Assembly: GCF_030684315.1 (NCBI RefSeq)
Contig: NC_081364.1
Location: 17,654,343-17,718,342, forward strand
Origin: Stegostoma tigrinum
Taxonomy: Eukaryota
Direction of reading: 5' to 3'
DNA length: 64,000 nucleotides
Of the stretch, positions 26,136 to 40,094 are shown one piece after another. The first letter of the stretch is position 1; each line of letters begins with the position of its first letter. The position numbers and the translations under genes were made by a program. Below the pieces are notes generated by a model, which saw nothing but the letters and a program-made list of their open reading frames with translations, did not search any database and had not been told where the DNA came from.

Positions 26136-28683
26136 GCTCTGGTTACCTGATCACCTGTGAGACAGTGGTGAGCCATCTTGAACCATTGCAGTCCTTCTAC
26201 AATGGGTTTGGTACAAGTGAATGGCTTGCAAGTCAATTTCAGGGGGCAGTTAACATTGCTGTTGGATCCCGAAATCACATGCTGACCACACCAGATAAAG
26301 ACAGCACATTTCCAATCATAGAGAATATTAGTGAACAGCTGGCTACAACAAATTGATGATTTCATAGTAACTTTGAGAGAAACTGGCTTTCAATCCCAGA
26401 TTTGTTAACTAAATTTAAATTCCACAAGCTGTCACAGTGGGATGGGACCAGAGGTGTCAGATCATTAGCCTGGCTCACTAAATTCCTTGCCCAGTGATAT
26501 TTCCCCTGCACCATGATACAAATATATTTTGGCAGGAGGCATTTCATTTGCTCTTGACAGTGCAGCCTTCACCCAGTCTTGCTGCATTCATTTACACAAA
26601 AAGGTACTGGGCAGCATTCTGAACACAGGCATCCACCATCATACTACAGATTGACTAATTTCAGCAGACACATGGATCAAAGTACAATCCACATGCCTCA
26701 CAGTGACAGGTTTACTGTACTGAAGAGGATGGATTTCTGAACCAGTATGTTTGGAGAAATTGGAGTTAAAGTTTTAAAGGCCCGTAGATTGTAAAAAGGA
26801 AGAGATACCGGAGGGAGTGAATGAGTTAAACGTTTAAGAGCTGTCTACCAATCTCGGGCACACGAGCAAATGATCTCATTTTTTTTATAAAAAAGTCAGC
26901 TCAAATGTGCAGGGAATCAGCAGTCTGAATTTACATCTGGTCTTTCGTTTCGATTGCTCATTAGGTGAGGTTGTTCCACCCATCATTTGTCTCCTATTTC
27001 TTTTAATCAATCAAGAGATGTCAGTGTCAGTTTCAACGCCAGCATTTCTTGCCTATCCCTAATTGTTATGATGGTGTATGGTGTTCAGGAACCCACTGGA
27101 TTCTCAGAGGTTTGTTATAACTGAACGGCCTGTTGGGACATTTCAGAAGGCAGCTTAAGAACAGACCACATTGCAGTGGGTCTGGCGTCACACAGCGGTA
27201 AGGGGCAGATAAGGATGACAGATGTCCTTCCTAAAAGGACACTTTACTGGTGTTTGCTTTCAGATCAATTGCATTTGGATTAATAGCTGCGCTGGTGGGA
27301 CTTAAACTGGTGTCATCAGATGTCATCAGATCATGAGTCCAGACTTCTGGACTTGTCTGTGCCAGTGGAACAAGGACCACACTCAAACTCAGTCTGTTGG
27401 ATCTGGTTGACTAGCCCATTTCCGAGGATATCACAGTGACCTTGCACAATGCTGCACAGAGACCCATCTGGCCTGTTTGTGGAGGGAAGGGAGCCTCCAT
27501 ACCTAGCAGCAACAGCAAGACAGTGTTTCAGAACTGACATTACTGCAGTTGTAAATTCGTACATGCCTCTTCTGTACATCAGAGCAGCAAAGCAGTCTCA
27601 AGATGTGACTTGATCAAAGGAAGATGTTTTTAAGAACAGCCTCAGGGTGCAGGGAAGAAAGAGAGCAAACTTCACTTTTAATCATGAGAGAGAACAGGTA
27701 GAATAGTTTCCACTGTACAGAGAGAGGGCAATCATTGGCACGGGGACCAAGAAGATTTTTTTTGCCAAATTAAAGCTAACAAAATACAAGTTAACCACTG
27801 GCTAAAAAGAAGGCATTGATACCAGTTCAAATTCCCACTCCCAAAAACAACAATTGAACTGTACTATTCTCCTGTGTGATTGAACTAATCGAAACAAAAA
27901 CCCCTGATTTACTGGACTTCACATCATTATTAAACAAACAAGCAGCTCCTCACTGATCACTCGACAATCATTGAACTGAAGAGCAAAAATAAATAGGAGC
28001 CCGATAGGCTGAATCGAGAAGTCACTGAGTGATGCATGCAGCTGACCAAATATTTATCGAAATCTTCGGCTTTGCAATCACCACAAGGCTCGGTGCAGTT
28101 TGGCCCAAAGCTGGTTTTCAATCACACACCGGACTTCTTGTACATTCATTCTCAGCAAGAGCAGTGTGCTCTGTTTTGTAAAGAGCCCAGAAACAGAGCA
28201 GCATTCATCTACTGGGAGGGACAAGCAAGAGTGTTTTTATAAAATACTGGTTTTGTACTTCCTCCAACTTCTCCGAGCTGGAATATCCCTTCGACTGGCT
28301 CAAAATCGAGCTGTTTAACCTCTTAGCACATGTCAAAGCACATCAGGTTTCCTCTGCATTCTGCTCCAGACCTCAGAGCAAAAAAGGGTTAAATTAAAGA
28401 CAGGTGGTAGAGTCTGGTTACATATTCCCTTAAGAAAAGGTGGTTAAGGGATGATGTAATTAAAGTGTTTGATAGAAAGGATTTGATAAGACAGATCGAG
28501 GAAAAAAACCCTCACGAAGGAGTGAAGGACAAAGGAGTATACAACCTTACAAGCACAGCTTTTCAGGGGTGATATCAGGTAGCACTCTGCAAGAATTTGC
28601 TCGAAACCGAAAAAAACTCTTGCCTTAAAAAGCCAGATGAATTGAAAGTTAATCTTTCAACTTTTGTTCGGCAAGATTATTAA

Positions 28684-28979
28684 TCATAGAATCACTTCAG
28701 TGCAGAAATAGGCCATTCAACCCATCGAGTCTGCACTGATCCTCTGAACAGCATCACACCCAGACCCACACCCCTACCCTATCCCTGTAATCCCACATTA
28801 TCTTGTAAATCTACCTAGACTACACGCCTCCGGACTCTATGGGACAATTTAGCACGGCAAATCCACCTAACCTACATGTTAGGGGAGAATGTGCAACGTC
28901 CACACAGGTGAGGATGGAATCGAACCTCGTCCCTGCTGCTGTTCAGCAGCAGTGCTAACCACTGAGCCCCCGTGCCGCC
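28684..28979 (-). mobile_element. HE1-like SINE
   Basis: Ends cagcagtgctaaccactgagcccccgtgccgcc (rc of tRNA-like head). Confidence 0.75.
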
Positions 28980-31900
28980 ACTACTGAGCCACAAAATCAA
29001 GAGGATAGTTGCAGTTGAGCTTCAGGTCACCCAAGAATGGTGAACCGAGGGTCAGGGAACTGCTCAAGCCCCACCCCCACCCCGTTCACATGGTCGTATG
29101 GCAAACAGAAATCAGATTGGCGCACAGACTCACAACACTGTTGTAACCTTCATTTGGAATCAATTAACAATCATTGCAGTTGATTCAAAAGATTGCCTTA
29201 CATTGTTGGACAGGTAAAATCTCAACCAGTAAGGAAATCAAGTGAGGCTGAAATGTTTCCATGGACAGTTTATATGGGATCTCCACTGACAAAAGACTCA
29301 ACTAAATAAGACACAGTAGGAAAGCAAACAACCTCCAGAGTTAGTCCAGCGTTTCTTAACATAGGGAAGGAGGAAATGTTCTGTACGAGTGTCAGATGGA
29401 AAGCTGTACAGCGAGCATGCTGCTTACTGACTAGCTTAGTGACATTCAAAAAGGAGAGAATAATCCCTAAGAAAGAAAATAAGTGAGGAAACAAAACTCC
29501 ACCAGCAAAGACTGTCCACCCCAGAAAGGCTGCAACAGGCATGGGGTATATATCTTAACAAAATAATTTTTTAAAAAGTTACAGCTGCCTCCAAAAGGAG
29601 CAGCACCTGACACTTAACTGCTATAAAGTAAAGTAGTTAGTAAAATAATAAAGGTGAGTTCAAGTGGAAGTAGAGCAGATTAAAGTACAGAAGGCAGGGA
29701 GTTTGCAGTTCAGAGACACCCCAATGAGCACCAGAGAGATTTATTCTTTGAAAAGTTTCTGAAAAGCAATGGTGCTGTGGAGCAGAATTAATGTGATCCA
29801 CAAAAGCTACAGTGTGTTGAATAACCAAGTGGGGGATATTGTTTAAACGATGTACAACAGTTTTCAACTGTAGGGTTGCCATGGTGAATGGTACCAATAC
29901 AATCTTATTATTTCCTTCTCTCCACAGGTCCTCTAGGCTTTCACACATTCAAATAACTGCATTTATGTAGCACCTTTACAAAACCAAAAGCATCCCAAGG
30001 TGATCTTCAGAGATTAAATCAAGCAAATTATCAAAACTGAGGCAAGGAGAGACATTTGGATCATAATGGATAGATTGATGCGAGTCAACACTGACGCACT
30101 GATTCTTCAGTGCACATCAGACTACAGTGAGGTGACAGACCATAGGTGGAAATCCCTGCTCCACTCTCTTGCATCGGTCCAAGTCACTTGTTAGATCACT
30201 GCAATACCTTAAGCTTCCCTGTATAAGGGGAATAAAACAAATTTGTTTTTATGAAGCAGGTAATCCCAATATCTGAACAGTTATTTGCCTGCCATTACCA
30301 GAGTGGCAGGGTGATAAAAGGTGGCAGAAGTAAAAGAACCTTGATAACTAAGAATTCACTTCTGCAAACAAACCAATAATTTCTCTTGAAAGCTGGCTGC
30401 GGCATTATCAAAGAGGCACAGAAACAGCCAGCAATATACCTGCCACGCAAATGGCTTTAGCCATCCTAGTCCTAATGTACAGATAAGTCACTAAACTGTT
30501 GCTAGGAATATCTGCAACCCACAAAATGAGTATTTACCTGTTTAGCTTCCATCAATGCTTTTGCTATTTGCCATGGGATTATAGCAGGATGTAACCTTGA
30601 GTGCATAATTATTGAAAAGTTATGCAGTTACAGAGGGGAGAAGCTGGTCGTTTCAACAGCATTGATGCGAATGAATGCAATACTTTGCGATGTTAGAAGA
30701 TGTGTTATATGGTATCACTGCGCATAGAAAAAGGGACCACCAATCTACTTCAAACCAACAAATTTCCTAGCCACAGTTCATAATATGTTGATTCCATATC
30801 TTCAAGTGATGGCAGCTGCTCCATTTTTACAGTGCCGTCTCGTATACTAAGATGTCAGAAGACTACAGAACCAACTTGCATCATTCTGTACAACAAGCCA
30901 ATTCCATAACAATGAGGATATGACCTATGTGCTAGCAGTTAGAAAGTAAGCACACTGAATTATTAAAAATGAAACAAACATTGTCACGTGGAACGAAGGA
31001 ACTCGGCCAGAATAAGCATCGTAATGTCCTCTGCAATACACAGTTATTTATACAACCTAAAGAATTCATTCTAATTATTTTAGAAGGATTGCCATTTTGG
31101 GACGGAGAAATGATGCATTTTCCAGTGTGCTGTGTGCACATGCCCCCACACACACTGGTCTTTTGGAAATCCAGATACATGTACAATTTCGGCTGTTTTG
31201 ACAGTTCATGTGTTTAGTTGCTCATGAAGAAAAGACTGAATTGTGAAGAATTCACAACGTTATCTTCAAAACTCTGCTGTGTATTTAAAATGTTGTGCTG
31301 TATGAATTGCCTGTATAATATGCCACAGAAGTTTGAAAAGAATCCAATGGTTACAAAATAAAGAATGGGGCTACTGTGACTTGTACAGCCACAGGAATGG
31401 CTGCAGGATTCATTAAAACCTAAACCAAAACCTTAACCGGCTAAATCACATCTCTGAGACCTCCTCATAATTTATAATTTTAACAGGGTGTTCTTCTGAT
31501 GTAGACCCTGTCTGAACGTGGCATGCTGCCTGGTGTTCTGCCACAGAAAAGACAGGAAACATCTACTTCTCCCAAAAATAATACTGCAGCACAGGAAGAA
31601 AAGGCATTGGAAACTCTTCGATGGATTTGCAAATCTGATATAATTAAACCTTAATTCCATTAGTAGAAGCCTACAGTTATAGTGGATTTGAAAAAAAAAT
31701 TCTTCCATGAAAAATGAACAATGGCTACATTTACTGCCCTTCCTGCTGACTGTGAGAAAGTGTTAATGTACTACCTTCTTGAATTGATGCAGATTTCCAA
31801 CTGGCATTAGGAAGGCAATTGCACGATTTTGACCCAGCTACAATGAAGGAATAGTGAGCCTTCGATAATGGGTTCTGCTAGTCGCATTTGGAAAAATGGA

Positions 31901-32609
31901 ACAGGCTGTCAAAGTATGCTTGGGCAACACTGCACTGTGAATGAATGGAGTGAATATGAAATCCAACGACAGCATTAACACATACTGTTTTGTCCCTGAA
32001 GGTGTCGAGTTTCTGGAAGTTTGTTCCAACTGCACCCATCCAGGCGAGCGGTGGCTCACTCATCATTAGGAGGTGAAGAGACGGCATGGAGGGTCAGAAA
32101 GTGATCCAATCATCTCGGAGTAGACAGCCTCAGTTTGACCCCTAGATGCAAGAGGTGCTTGGTGCTGTTAAACCTCTGGTCAGCAGTCATGTGTTGACAA
32201 TGGGGATTGGGGCTAGGGGCTAGGGCTGAGGTGGTGCTGTTCCTTGTGGAGATGATCACTGCATTCCTGCTACTTGTTGTTACCCAGAGCCTGAATGTTG
32301 TCCCATTGCAAGTGGAGGTTGGCATGGGTGACGTGATCACTACAAGAATTGCAAGGTGGAATTTTTGCGACAGAGGGAAGTAGTGAGTAAGACGAGAGCT
32401 CAACAGAGCGAGAGCCCAAGATACCCATAGCTCTCCCAAAAGGTTTCTTGTCTCAGCATATTTGAAAACAATACAAAACAGCTTTATAATTACATGGGCA
32501 ACAGTAAATTCCAAATAGTACTGCTGCTTTCAAGCAAAATTTACATGAATTACTTTCCACTTGTTCTCATGTTTCCCATTCCAACTAATTCTTCCTGTGA
32601 TTGGCAACA

Positions 32610-33100
32610 GAGGCAGTCCAGCAAAAAGGTTCACTAGATTGATACCAGATACAGCGGGATTTTAAGCGATTAAGTGGTTTGGGACTGTATTTATTGGAAT
32701 TTAGACAAATGAGAAGAGATATTATTAAACCATACTAGATTTAGGGCTTTGACACAGTAGATGCTGAGAACTTTACCCCCTTGTGGGACAGCGTAGGACT
32801 AGAGGACAATCTCAGAATAAGAGACCATCCATTTAAAATAGAGGGGGAAAGAGGTGGAGGAGGAATTTCTTTTCTCAGAGGGTAGTGAATCTGGACATCC
32901 TTACTGCAGAGGGCAGTAACGATTGGATATACTTAATGGCCCAAGGCTGAGAGAGACAGATTTTTAAATCAGCTAGAGAATCAAGAGTTGTGGGGGAAAG
33001 GCAGGAAAAGTGTAGGTAAGGCTGGTCTGATCAGCCATGACCTCATTGAATGTTGCAGCAGATTTGCTGGGCCAATTTGCTTATTTCTACTCCCAAGTTT
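32610..33100 (+). mobile_element. CR1-type LINE 3' fragment
   Basis: aggttcactagattgatacca...aggaatttcttttctcagagggtagtgaatctgga...atcagccatga. Confidence 0.68.
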
Positions 33101-34672
33101 AATTATTCATTATGGGAAACTCGGTTTGAAACATAATGTTACTTCCAGTTAACAGCCACACCTTTTTCCCCTTAATTGCTAGATTATGTTTTCAAGTATG
33201 GTTCAATTCCTCCTCCATTCAGCCTTATTTTAAAAGCACTTCTACTTGTTGGGGCCTGAAGACTGACTTGATTTGAAAAAGTATATTGAATAAAGTTTCA
33301 GATTAGGAGCAATCATTCAAAGCGCCTTAAGCACAAAAACAAGGCACTAACAGTACATTGAGTTATCATGAATGGATCTTATTCTCTTGAAGTTAAAAAA
33401 TTGATGCTTCTTAGATGTCAAAAATATACTGGAGATTCTGTCAGCGTCAGACCCAATTTGAAAAATTAGTTACACGCAACTAACTTAAGTCTGTCAACAA
33501 ATCTCGACTCAAGGAGCAAAGAAAGCATACATTTTCACAGCCCATTTCATGCCCTGCTCTGAAAACATTTAAAGGCAAAATATGGACAGGGTTAAAAACA
33601 AGCTCGAGTGTCACACTCTGGCAAACGTTATCAGACAGTAATAGACAGGAGACAAGGAAAACCAAAAATCGCTTTTCTCACTTCAAGATTGCGGCTCTCG
33701 CAACGATGCAATATGCAATGTCGCTAAACTTTAAATGGAAAATAAAAAATGCCATTCTGACATTGCTGTAGTAATACAGCATCTGCAACAAGCATGGTGC
33801 ACAGTCAGGAATCCAGAGGCCTATCCCAATCCGAATGCTGTTTCCTTCCAGGCAGCTGAGATTTTGTTTGAATCATCAATGATATCAGCAGTGAGGCAGC
33901 CAGGCGGTAGTTACGACTGAGGGCATGTCCAAGTTTGACTGAAACACACGAGGCCTAATCACCATCACTGGGGTGGGGTTGGCTTTCTTGTAATCCATCC
34001 CAACTACTGCCAAGACATTTCTGTCAATATCCAGCAATCAAAACTGAATATTCAGAAACTTTATGGTATCTGGTGATTCAGCAATGTCGTAAGTTAAACC
34101 ATAAATGCTTTTTAACGCATCTAAGTGGGGTCAGGATAGCCATCCTGACTCATACACAGATACTTCAGGGTCACGGGGAACTCACCATGAAACTGATTCT
34201 GTTCTAGGTTCAGACTTCCTGGCGATGCCTAAGTACTTCTCTCAGAATTCTCCATTTTCAACAAAGACAAGACGCTTGATTCTCCAGATAATAGTTACAA
34301 TTTATCCTCATTCATAATGCACTAGTCACAGCACCTGGTTTTATTGTGCCAAGCTCTTGCCTTGCAGGTCTTTTCCTCTAGAATGCCCGAGGGAATATTA
34401 GACTCTTATGATAGACAAGTCGATCGGTCACCCTTTCAGCTCTGATCCCATGGTCAGAAAGCCTTCCTACCTCTCTGAAGCCTTTAATCCTGCTAACAAG
34501 TCACACTCATGCAACACTCCTCCACACAGACCAGCTACAGCAACTCTCAAGCTTAAGTTAGATGAGAAAGTAATTCTGCACTGTTCCAGACTAATAATAA
34601 CTCCATCCCAGCGGAATGATTAGTACAAAACTCATTCCTGTACTGAGTCAATTAAAGACACAACTATCTTAC

Positions 34673-34827
34673 CTTCTGTGCTGGAAATGCTCACGTTAAA
34701 AGGCAGAGTGGAAAGTTCAAAGCGAAACAGAACTGTGCATGTAGTGGCATTCAATCTGTTCTATGAGTTTAATGCAATAACTAGCAACAGTGAACAAGGC
34801 AAGCACTAACACGTGGGAATTTTCATC
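34673..34827 (-). other. Candidate non-coding exon (155 nt)
   Basis: Consensus donor AAG|GTAAGA at 34672-34671; possible acceptor after a (TC)n tract, ...gagctacag. Lies in a repeat-poor block. Confidence 0.22.
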
Positions 34828-35559
34828 CTGTAGCTCACAATACGAGAGAGAGAGAGAAAAATCCCTCCAGGGACACACTGTAGCTGTGCCAATGTACTCG
34901 AGGAGGAGTTAACTGGAGATACTGCTGAAACCCTGGGGGCAGGCTGGCAGAAATGATTACTACTCCACACAATGCAGCCCACGCAACATCATATCTGGGC
35001 TCTTAACCTGCTGCCCCTTTCCAGAGCTCTATGCTATTTGACAAGAGGTTCAATGGATTTCGACAGAATAATTCCAATTTATTTTTGTTTGCCAAGATGC
35101 ATCCATTACTTTGGCATTGGGCCCCAGTTGTCCCTTACAGCATGAACGTCCATTCAGATTCACCCTCAAACTCAGACTATCATGAGAGAACTCATTAACT
35201 TGACAAGCATTATCCTAATCCTCTGGTGTCAGTCATGTGTCAGTCCCTATTAGTTACTCAACCAAACCCAGTGACCCCCCCAACACCCTGTCCCCACAAT
35301 CAAGCTAGGAAAAAAATATTAATACCATGGCGCCCCCCCACCCCCAACAATTATTAAATATTCAAAAGGGCACAGATTTACCTCAAACTCTGCACCATCA
35401 CATGTACCTGGCACAAGAGCAAGATGCCAGGCACACGTTTGATAAATATTTCTGCATTCCAGGTTCCCCATCTTCCTGGAATGACCAGGGATGGTCCAGA
35501 AAAAAAAAACACTATTCCTCCCCACTGCACTGCCTTCTGTATACCAGATCACTGTCTAC

Positions 35560-38300
35560 GTCTCCACTCCCTTGCCTTCTGTAACTTACATTCTACCATT
35601 TCAAATAAGAACACAATTCCCCTTTAAACGCCTTCTCCATTGTCTCCGGTCTCAGGTACTGCAGTCCCTGTCCTAACTGCATGAAAAGGCTTTTTCCATA
35701 TGTCCCCATCACTTCTGTCATCAAATCCCTCAAGTCTGCACTGTTTCATTATCAAACCTTCCTTGTACTTGGTCCAAACCACTTAATTTTGAATACTTCT
35801 ATGAAATCTCCTCACAACAATCTCCTCTTCTCAAAACAGTCCCAACTACTCCAATCTTTCTACTTAATGTAAGTTCCTCATCACTTAAATTTCCTGACTC
35901 TTTTCGACATCAGATTTTGTATCATCTCTCTGCATTCTTAGCAGAATGAATCATTAACGCTTGTCTGCATTAAATATTACTGCCAACTGTTGGCCCATTG
36001 TACCAACTTGTTTATATCCTTCTCATGATTCACAATAGAGTCAGAATTTCACAGTACTGGAGGCTATTCGACCCATTGTGTCCATACTGGTTCCTGAAAG
36101 TGCTACACGACTAGTCCCAATCTCCAACCCTGTCTCTACAGCCCTCCAAATTCACTTTCTAATATTTATCCAGCTGTCTTTTGAAACCTCCAACTGGATC
36201 AGCCTCCACCATCTCCCAGGCAGCAACTCCAAACCCTAACAACAAATTGATGAAAAAATTTGTTCCTCATCTCACTCCTAGATTTCTTGCTGATAATCTT
36301 GAATTATGACTGACCCACCCCACCCCACCACCTCCCCCATTACTAGTATACCAGCTAGTGGAAACTGAAAATCCTTTACTACAAAATTTTGAACACCTCA
36401 AGAAGGTCACCTCTTAAATCTCCTCTGATCCAAGAAGCAGCAGCACAATTTCTCTAATCTTTCCACACATCTAAAATCTGTCACTCCTGGTATCATTTAG
36501 TAAATTTCCTTTGCACTCTCTCCAGGACTTTAACATCCTTCCTTAAATAAGTTGCCCAGAACTGAACAACACTCCAAATGTGATCTGGCCAATTGTTTGT
36601 ACTCCTTGCTTTTGTCCTGCCTCTATTTATAAACTCAATGATACTATAAAGCCTTAACTGTTTCAACCTGCCTGGTCAGACAATTATGCACATAAAGCCA
36701 GAGTTCCTCTGCTCCTGCACTCCCCTCAAAATTGTACCATTGAGCCTGTATTGTGTCTGCTTTTTTTTCTACCGAAATGTGTTCATATTTTTCTGCATTG
36801 AAATTCATTTCCCAAATGTCTCCCCATTGGGCCAACTTTCTTCTTGAAGTCATTCAGCATCATATTCAGTTCATGATTCTCCCCAGCTTAGAGTAATCTG
36901 TTAATTTAAAGATTTTGTCCTCAACACCTATCTCCAAATTTGTTGTTTAAAAAAAAGAGTCCCGACACTGATCCACGGGGGAGCACCACTTTCAACTTGT
37001 CTCCAGCCTAAGAAATGCCAAGCTATACCGACCTTCTGTTTCCTATTGTTTAGCCAACTTGTAATCCATGCTGCCCAGGACCGTTAATTCCAAGCGTGTC
37101 TCATTTGCTAACTAACCTGCTGCGTGGTATTATATCAAATGTTTTCTCCAAATCCAAACATACAACAGCACCACCCTCATCCACTGCCTGTGTCACCTCA
37201 AAGAGCTCAATTAAAATTTGTCAGATGGGACCTGTCCTTGACAAAGCCATCTTGACTGTGCAGTACCAACTTACATTTCTCTCAGTGTTTCCCATACATG
37301 GACCTCCATCGGTTTTCCAACTCCTGATATCAAACTGACAAGTCTGAACTTTCATGGCTTGTTCTTTTTTTCCAAGAAAGTCTGAAAGGACAATGTTGGA
37401 TTTACCATCGTCCCGACCCCAGGACTAATCCAGTGTTCAGAGAGGCCTTGAAAATTTCTGTCAACAGCTCCGCGATTTGCTCCCTTACTTCTCTCATCCA
37501 GGCCTGGCGACCTTTCTAGATAGAACGTTGCCAGCCTTTCTGGTACTACTTTATTGCTCATGAAACTGCTCAGTTACTCAACACTCACATTTTCAACTAA
37601 CTCATATCCTGCCTCTAAGAGAGAGCCACTTTTTTGGTCTCTAATTTGTTCAGCTCCTTCTCTTAACACCTTTATATTAAGTGGTAACCTTCTGAATTTC
37701 CTGTGTGTGTTAGCTGCCCATCTCTTCTGACACAATCTTAGCTTCTCTTATTTGCTTTCGCTTCTCCTTGAACCTTACACGTTTGCATGATTACCCATTG
37801 CACGCTCCAACTAAATGTGTCACAGGCACACTTCTTCTGCTTCATCTTAATCATTCTTTATCATTGAATGTGCCAGAACGACTTGCTCTTTGAAAAAGGA
37901 ACCTCAAATTTACACGGCCTGAGAAGAGGGTGCTGATTGGTCGGGCCATTTGTCAGCATGGCGATCCGACAGGAACAGTTGACTGTCAATCCTTGTTCCT
38001 GGACCAGGACACCCACTGCAGACTTGCAGTTTTGCTTGCTCGTCTTAGTTTCCAATTTTTTCTGGCCCAAACCGAATCTTAACACCATTGAAATTGGCTT
38101 TGCCCCACTTCATTATTTGAATGATGGATCACTCCCCGTTATCTTCCACAGCCAACTTAATCTTATAATACAATCATTACTTTCTCCTAAATATTCCCCT
38201 ATAATACTGGCTTGTCCCACCTCATTCCCCAAGAACCAAAGTCTAGCAGCGAATTTTGCAATTGGACTGGAAACGGCCTGAAGAAAATCCTCCTGACTAC
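35560..38300 (-). mobile_element. Decayed CR1-type LINE pieces (several, partly nested)
   Basis: Minus-strand ORF remnant LAQWGDIWEMNFNAEKYE; rc GAPRGSVSG motif near 36960-36990; CR1 3' ends near 36040 and 35580. Confidence 0.6.
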
Positions 38301-38512
38301 AAATCTAAAAAAAATGCGTTTGGCTCTCCCTGGCCTTTACATGACTAACAGAGCAGCGTACAATTTGGGCAAGTGTAGCAAACCTTGTTATTTCATCCCA
38401 TTTACAACTGGTCTAGGATACAGGAACAATTTAGGCCACACGGCCCATTGAATCTACTCCACCGTTGAATCCTGGTTGGCATTCATTGGTCTACCCATTC
38501 TCCCCAGAATGG

Positions 38513-40092
38513 TGGATCCCATGTTTGGATTTCCTTGGCTTTCCAGAAGGCCTTTGACAAGATGCCACACTGGAGGCTGCTAACTAAGTCAAGAATCCAG
38601 GGTTAGGGGAAAGATACAGGCATGGATAGACAACTGGCTGACTGGCAGAGAGTAGGGACAAAGGGGTCTTTTTCAGGATGGCAGCCAGTGACTAGAGGAG
38701 GTTCACAGCCCTCTGTGTTGGGTCTGCAACTATTCACATGACACATTAATCTGATGAAGGAACTGAGGACATCGATGTTAAGATTTCAGGTGACAAATAC
38801 AGATGGAGTGACAGAGAGCGCTAAGGAAATGGGGAAGCTGCAAAAAGGACTTTGACAGGCTAGGAGAGTGGACAAAGTAGTACCAGATGGAATACAATGT
38901 GGCAAAAGTGTGAGGTTATACACCTTGGTATGTACAATAGAAGAACAAAACTATTTTCTAGACAGGGAAAGGCTTTGGAATCCTGAATTACAAAGGGATT
39001 GGAGAGTCCTAGCTCAGGAGTCTCAAGGTTAACATACAGGTTCAGTCGGCATTTAGGAAGGCAAACAGAATGTTGGCATTCATTTTAAGACAAGAAAACA
39101 AGATCTACAGCTGTGGCATTATAGGCTCTGGTTAGATAATATTTGGAATACGGAGAGCAGTTTTGGACCCCATATCTAGGGACGGATGTGCAGATATTAA
39201 AGGAGATCCATTGGAGGTTCACAAGAATGATCCCAGTGATGAAGAGTTTGTCATATGAGAACTGTTTGAGGATTTTGGGACTGTAAGCAATGGGGTTTAA
39301 AAGGATGGGGGATGTGGTTGGGGGGGGGGGGGAGAAGAGGAAGAGGAAGAGGAAGAGGTGGTATCTGACTGAAACCACGGAAGTTTCGTTCTTCTTTATT
39401 CATGCACAGGATGAGGGCATCGCTAGCTAGGCAGCACTTATTTACCCAGAGGGCAATTCAGAGTCAACCCCATTGCTGTGGGTCTGGAGTCACATGTAGG
39501 CCAAACCAGGTAAGGATGGCAGTTTCCTTCCCTCAAGGACATTAGTGAACCAGATGGCTTTTTCCCCAGTCAGCAATGGATTCATGGTCATCAGTAGACT
39601 CAAGTCCAGATATTTATTGAATTCAACTTTCACCATTTGCCACAGCAAGATTCAAACCCAGGTTCCCAGAACATTATCTGGGTTCCTGGATTAACAATCC
39701 AGCGATACCACTAGGCCATCGCCTCTACCGTTACAGAAAATTGAGGGGCTGGAATAGAGTGAATATGGAGAAGATGTTTCCACTAGTTAGAGGGGCCAGG
39801 ACCCAAGGATACAGCCTCAGACTGAAGGCATGACCCTTTGGAACGGAGACGAGGAGTTTCTTCAACCAGAGGGTGGTGAATCTGTGGAATGCATTGCCAC
39901 ACAGAGGATTGTGGAGGCCAAGGCATTACATGTTTTTAAAAGCACGCCAGAGCAGTTCTCAATTGGTAAGGGAATCCAATGTAATAGACAGAAGATAGGA
40001 GAATGGGTAGAGAAACATTAGCTATAAATCAAATGCTGTAACGAAGTCAATGGGCCAAATGGCCCCATTCTGCTCCTACGTCTATGATCTTA
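38513..40092 (+). mobile_element. CR1-type LINE (RT to 3' end), interrupted by a SINE
   Basis: ttggctttccagaaggcctttgacaagatgccacac (L.FQKAFDK.PH), ...tggaatacaatgtgg..., 3' end ttctgctcctacgtctatgatctta. Confidence 0.8.
39390..39727 (-). mobile_element. tRNA-derived SINE, second family, nested in CR1
   Basis: Homologous to 18590-18950; ends cactaggccatcgcctc. Confidence 0.75.
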
Positions 40093-40094
40093 TC

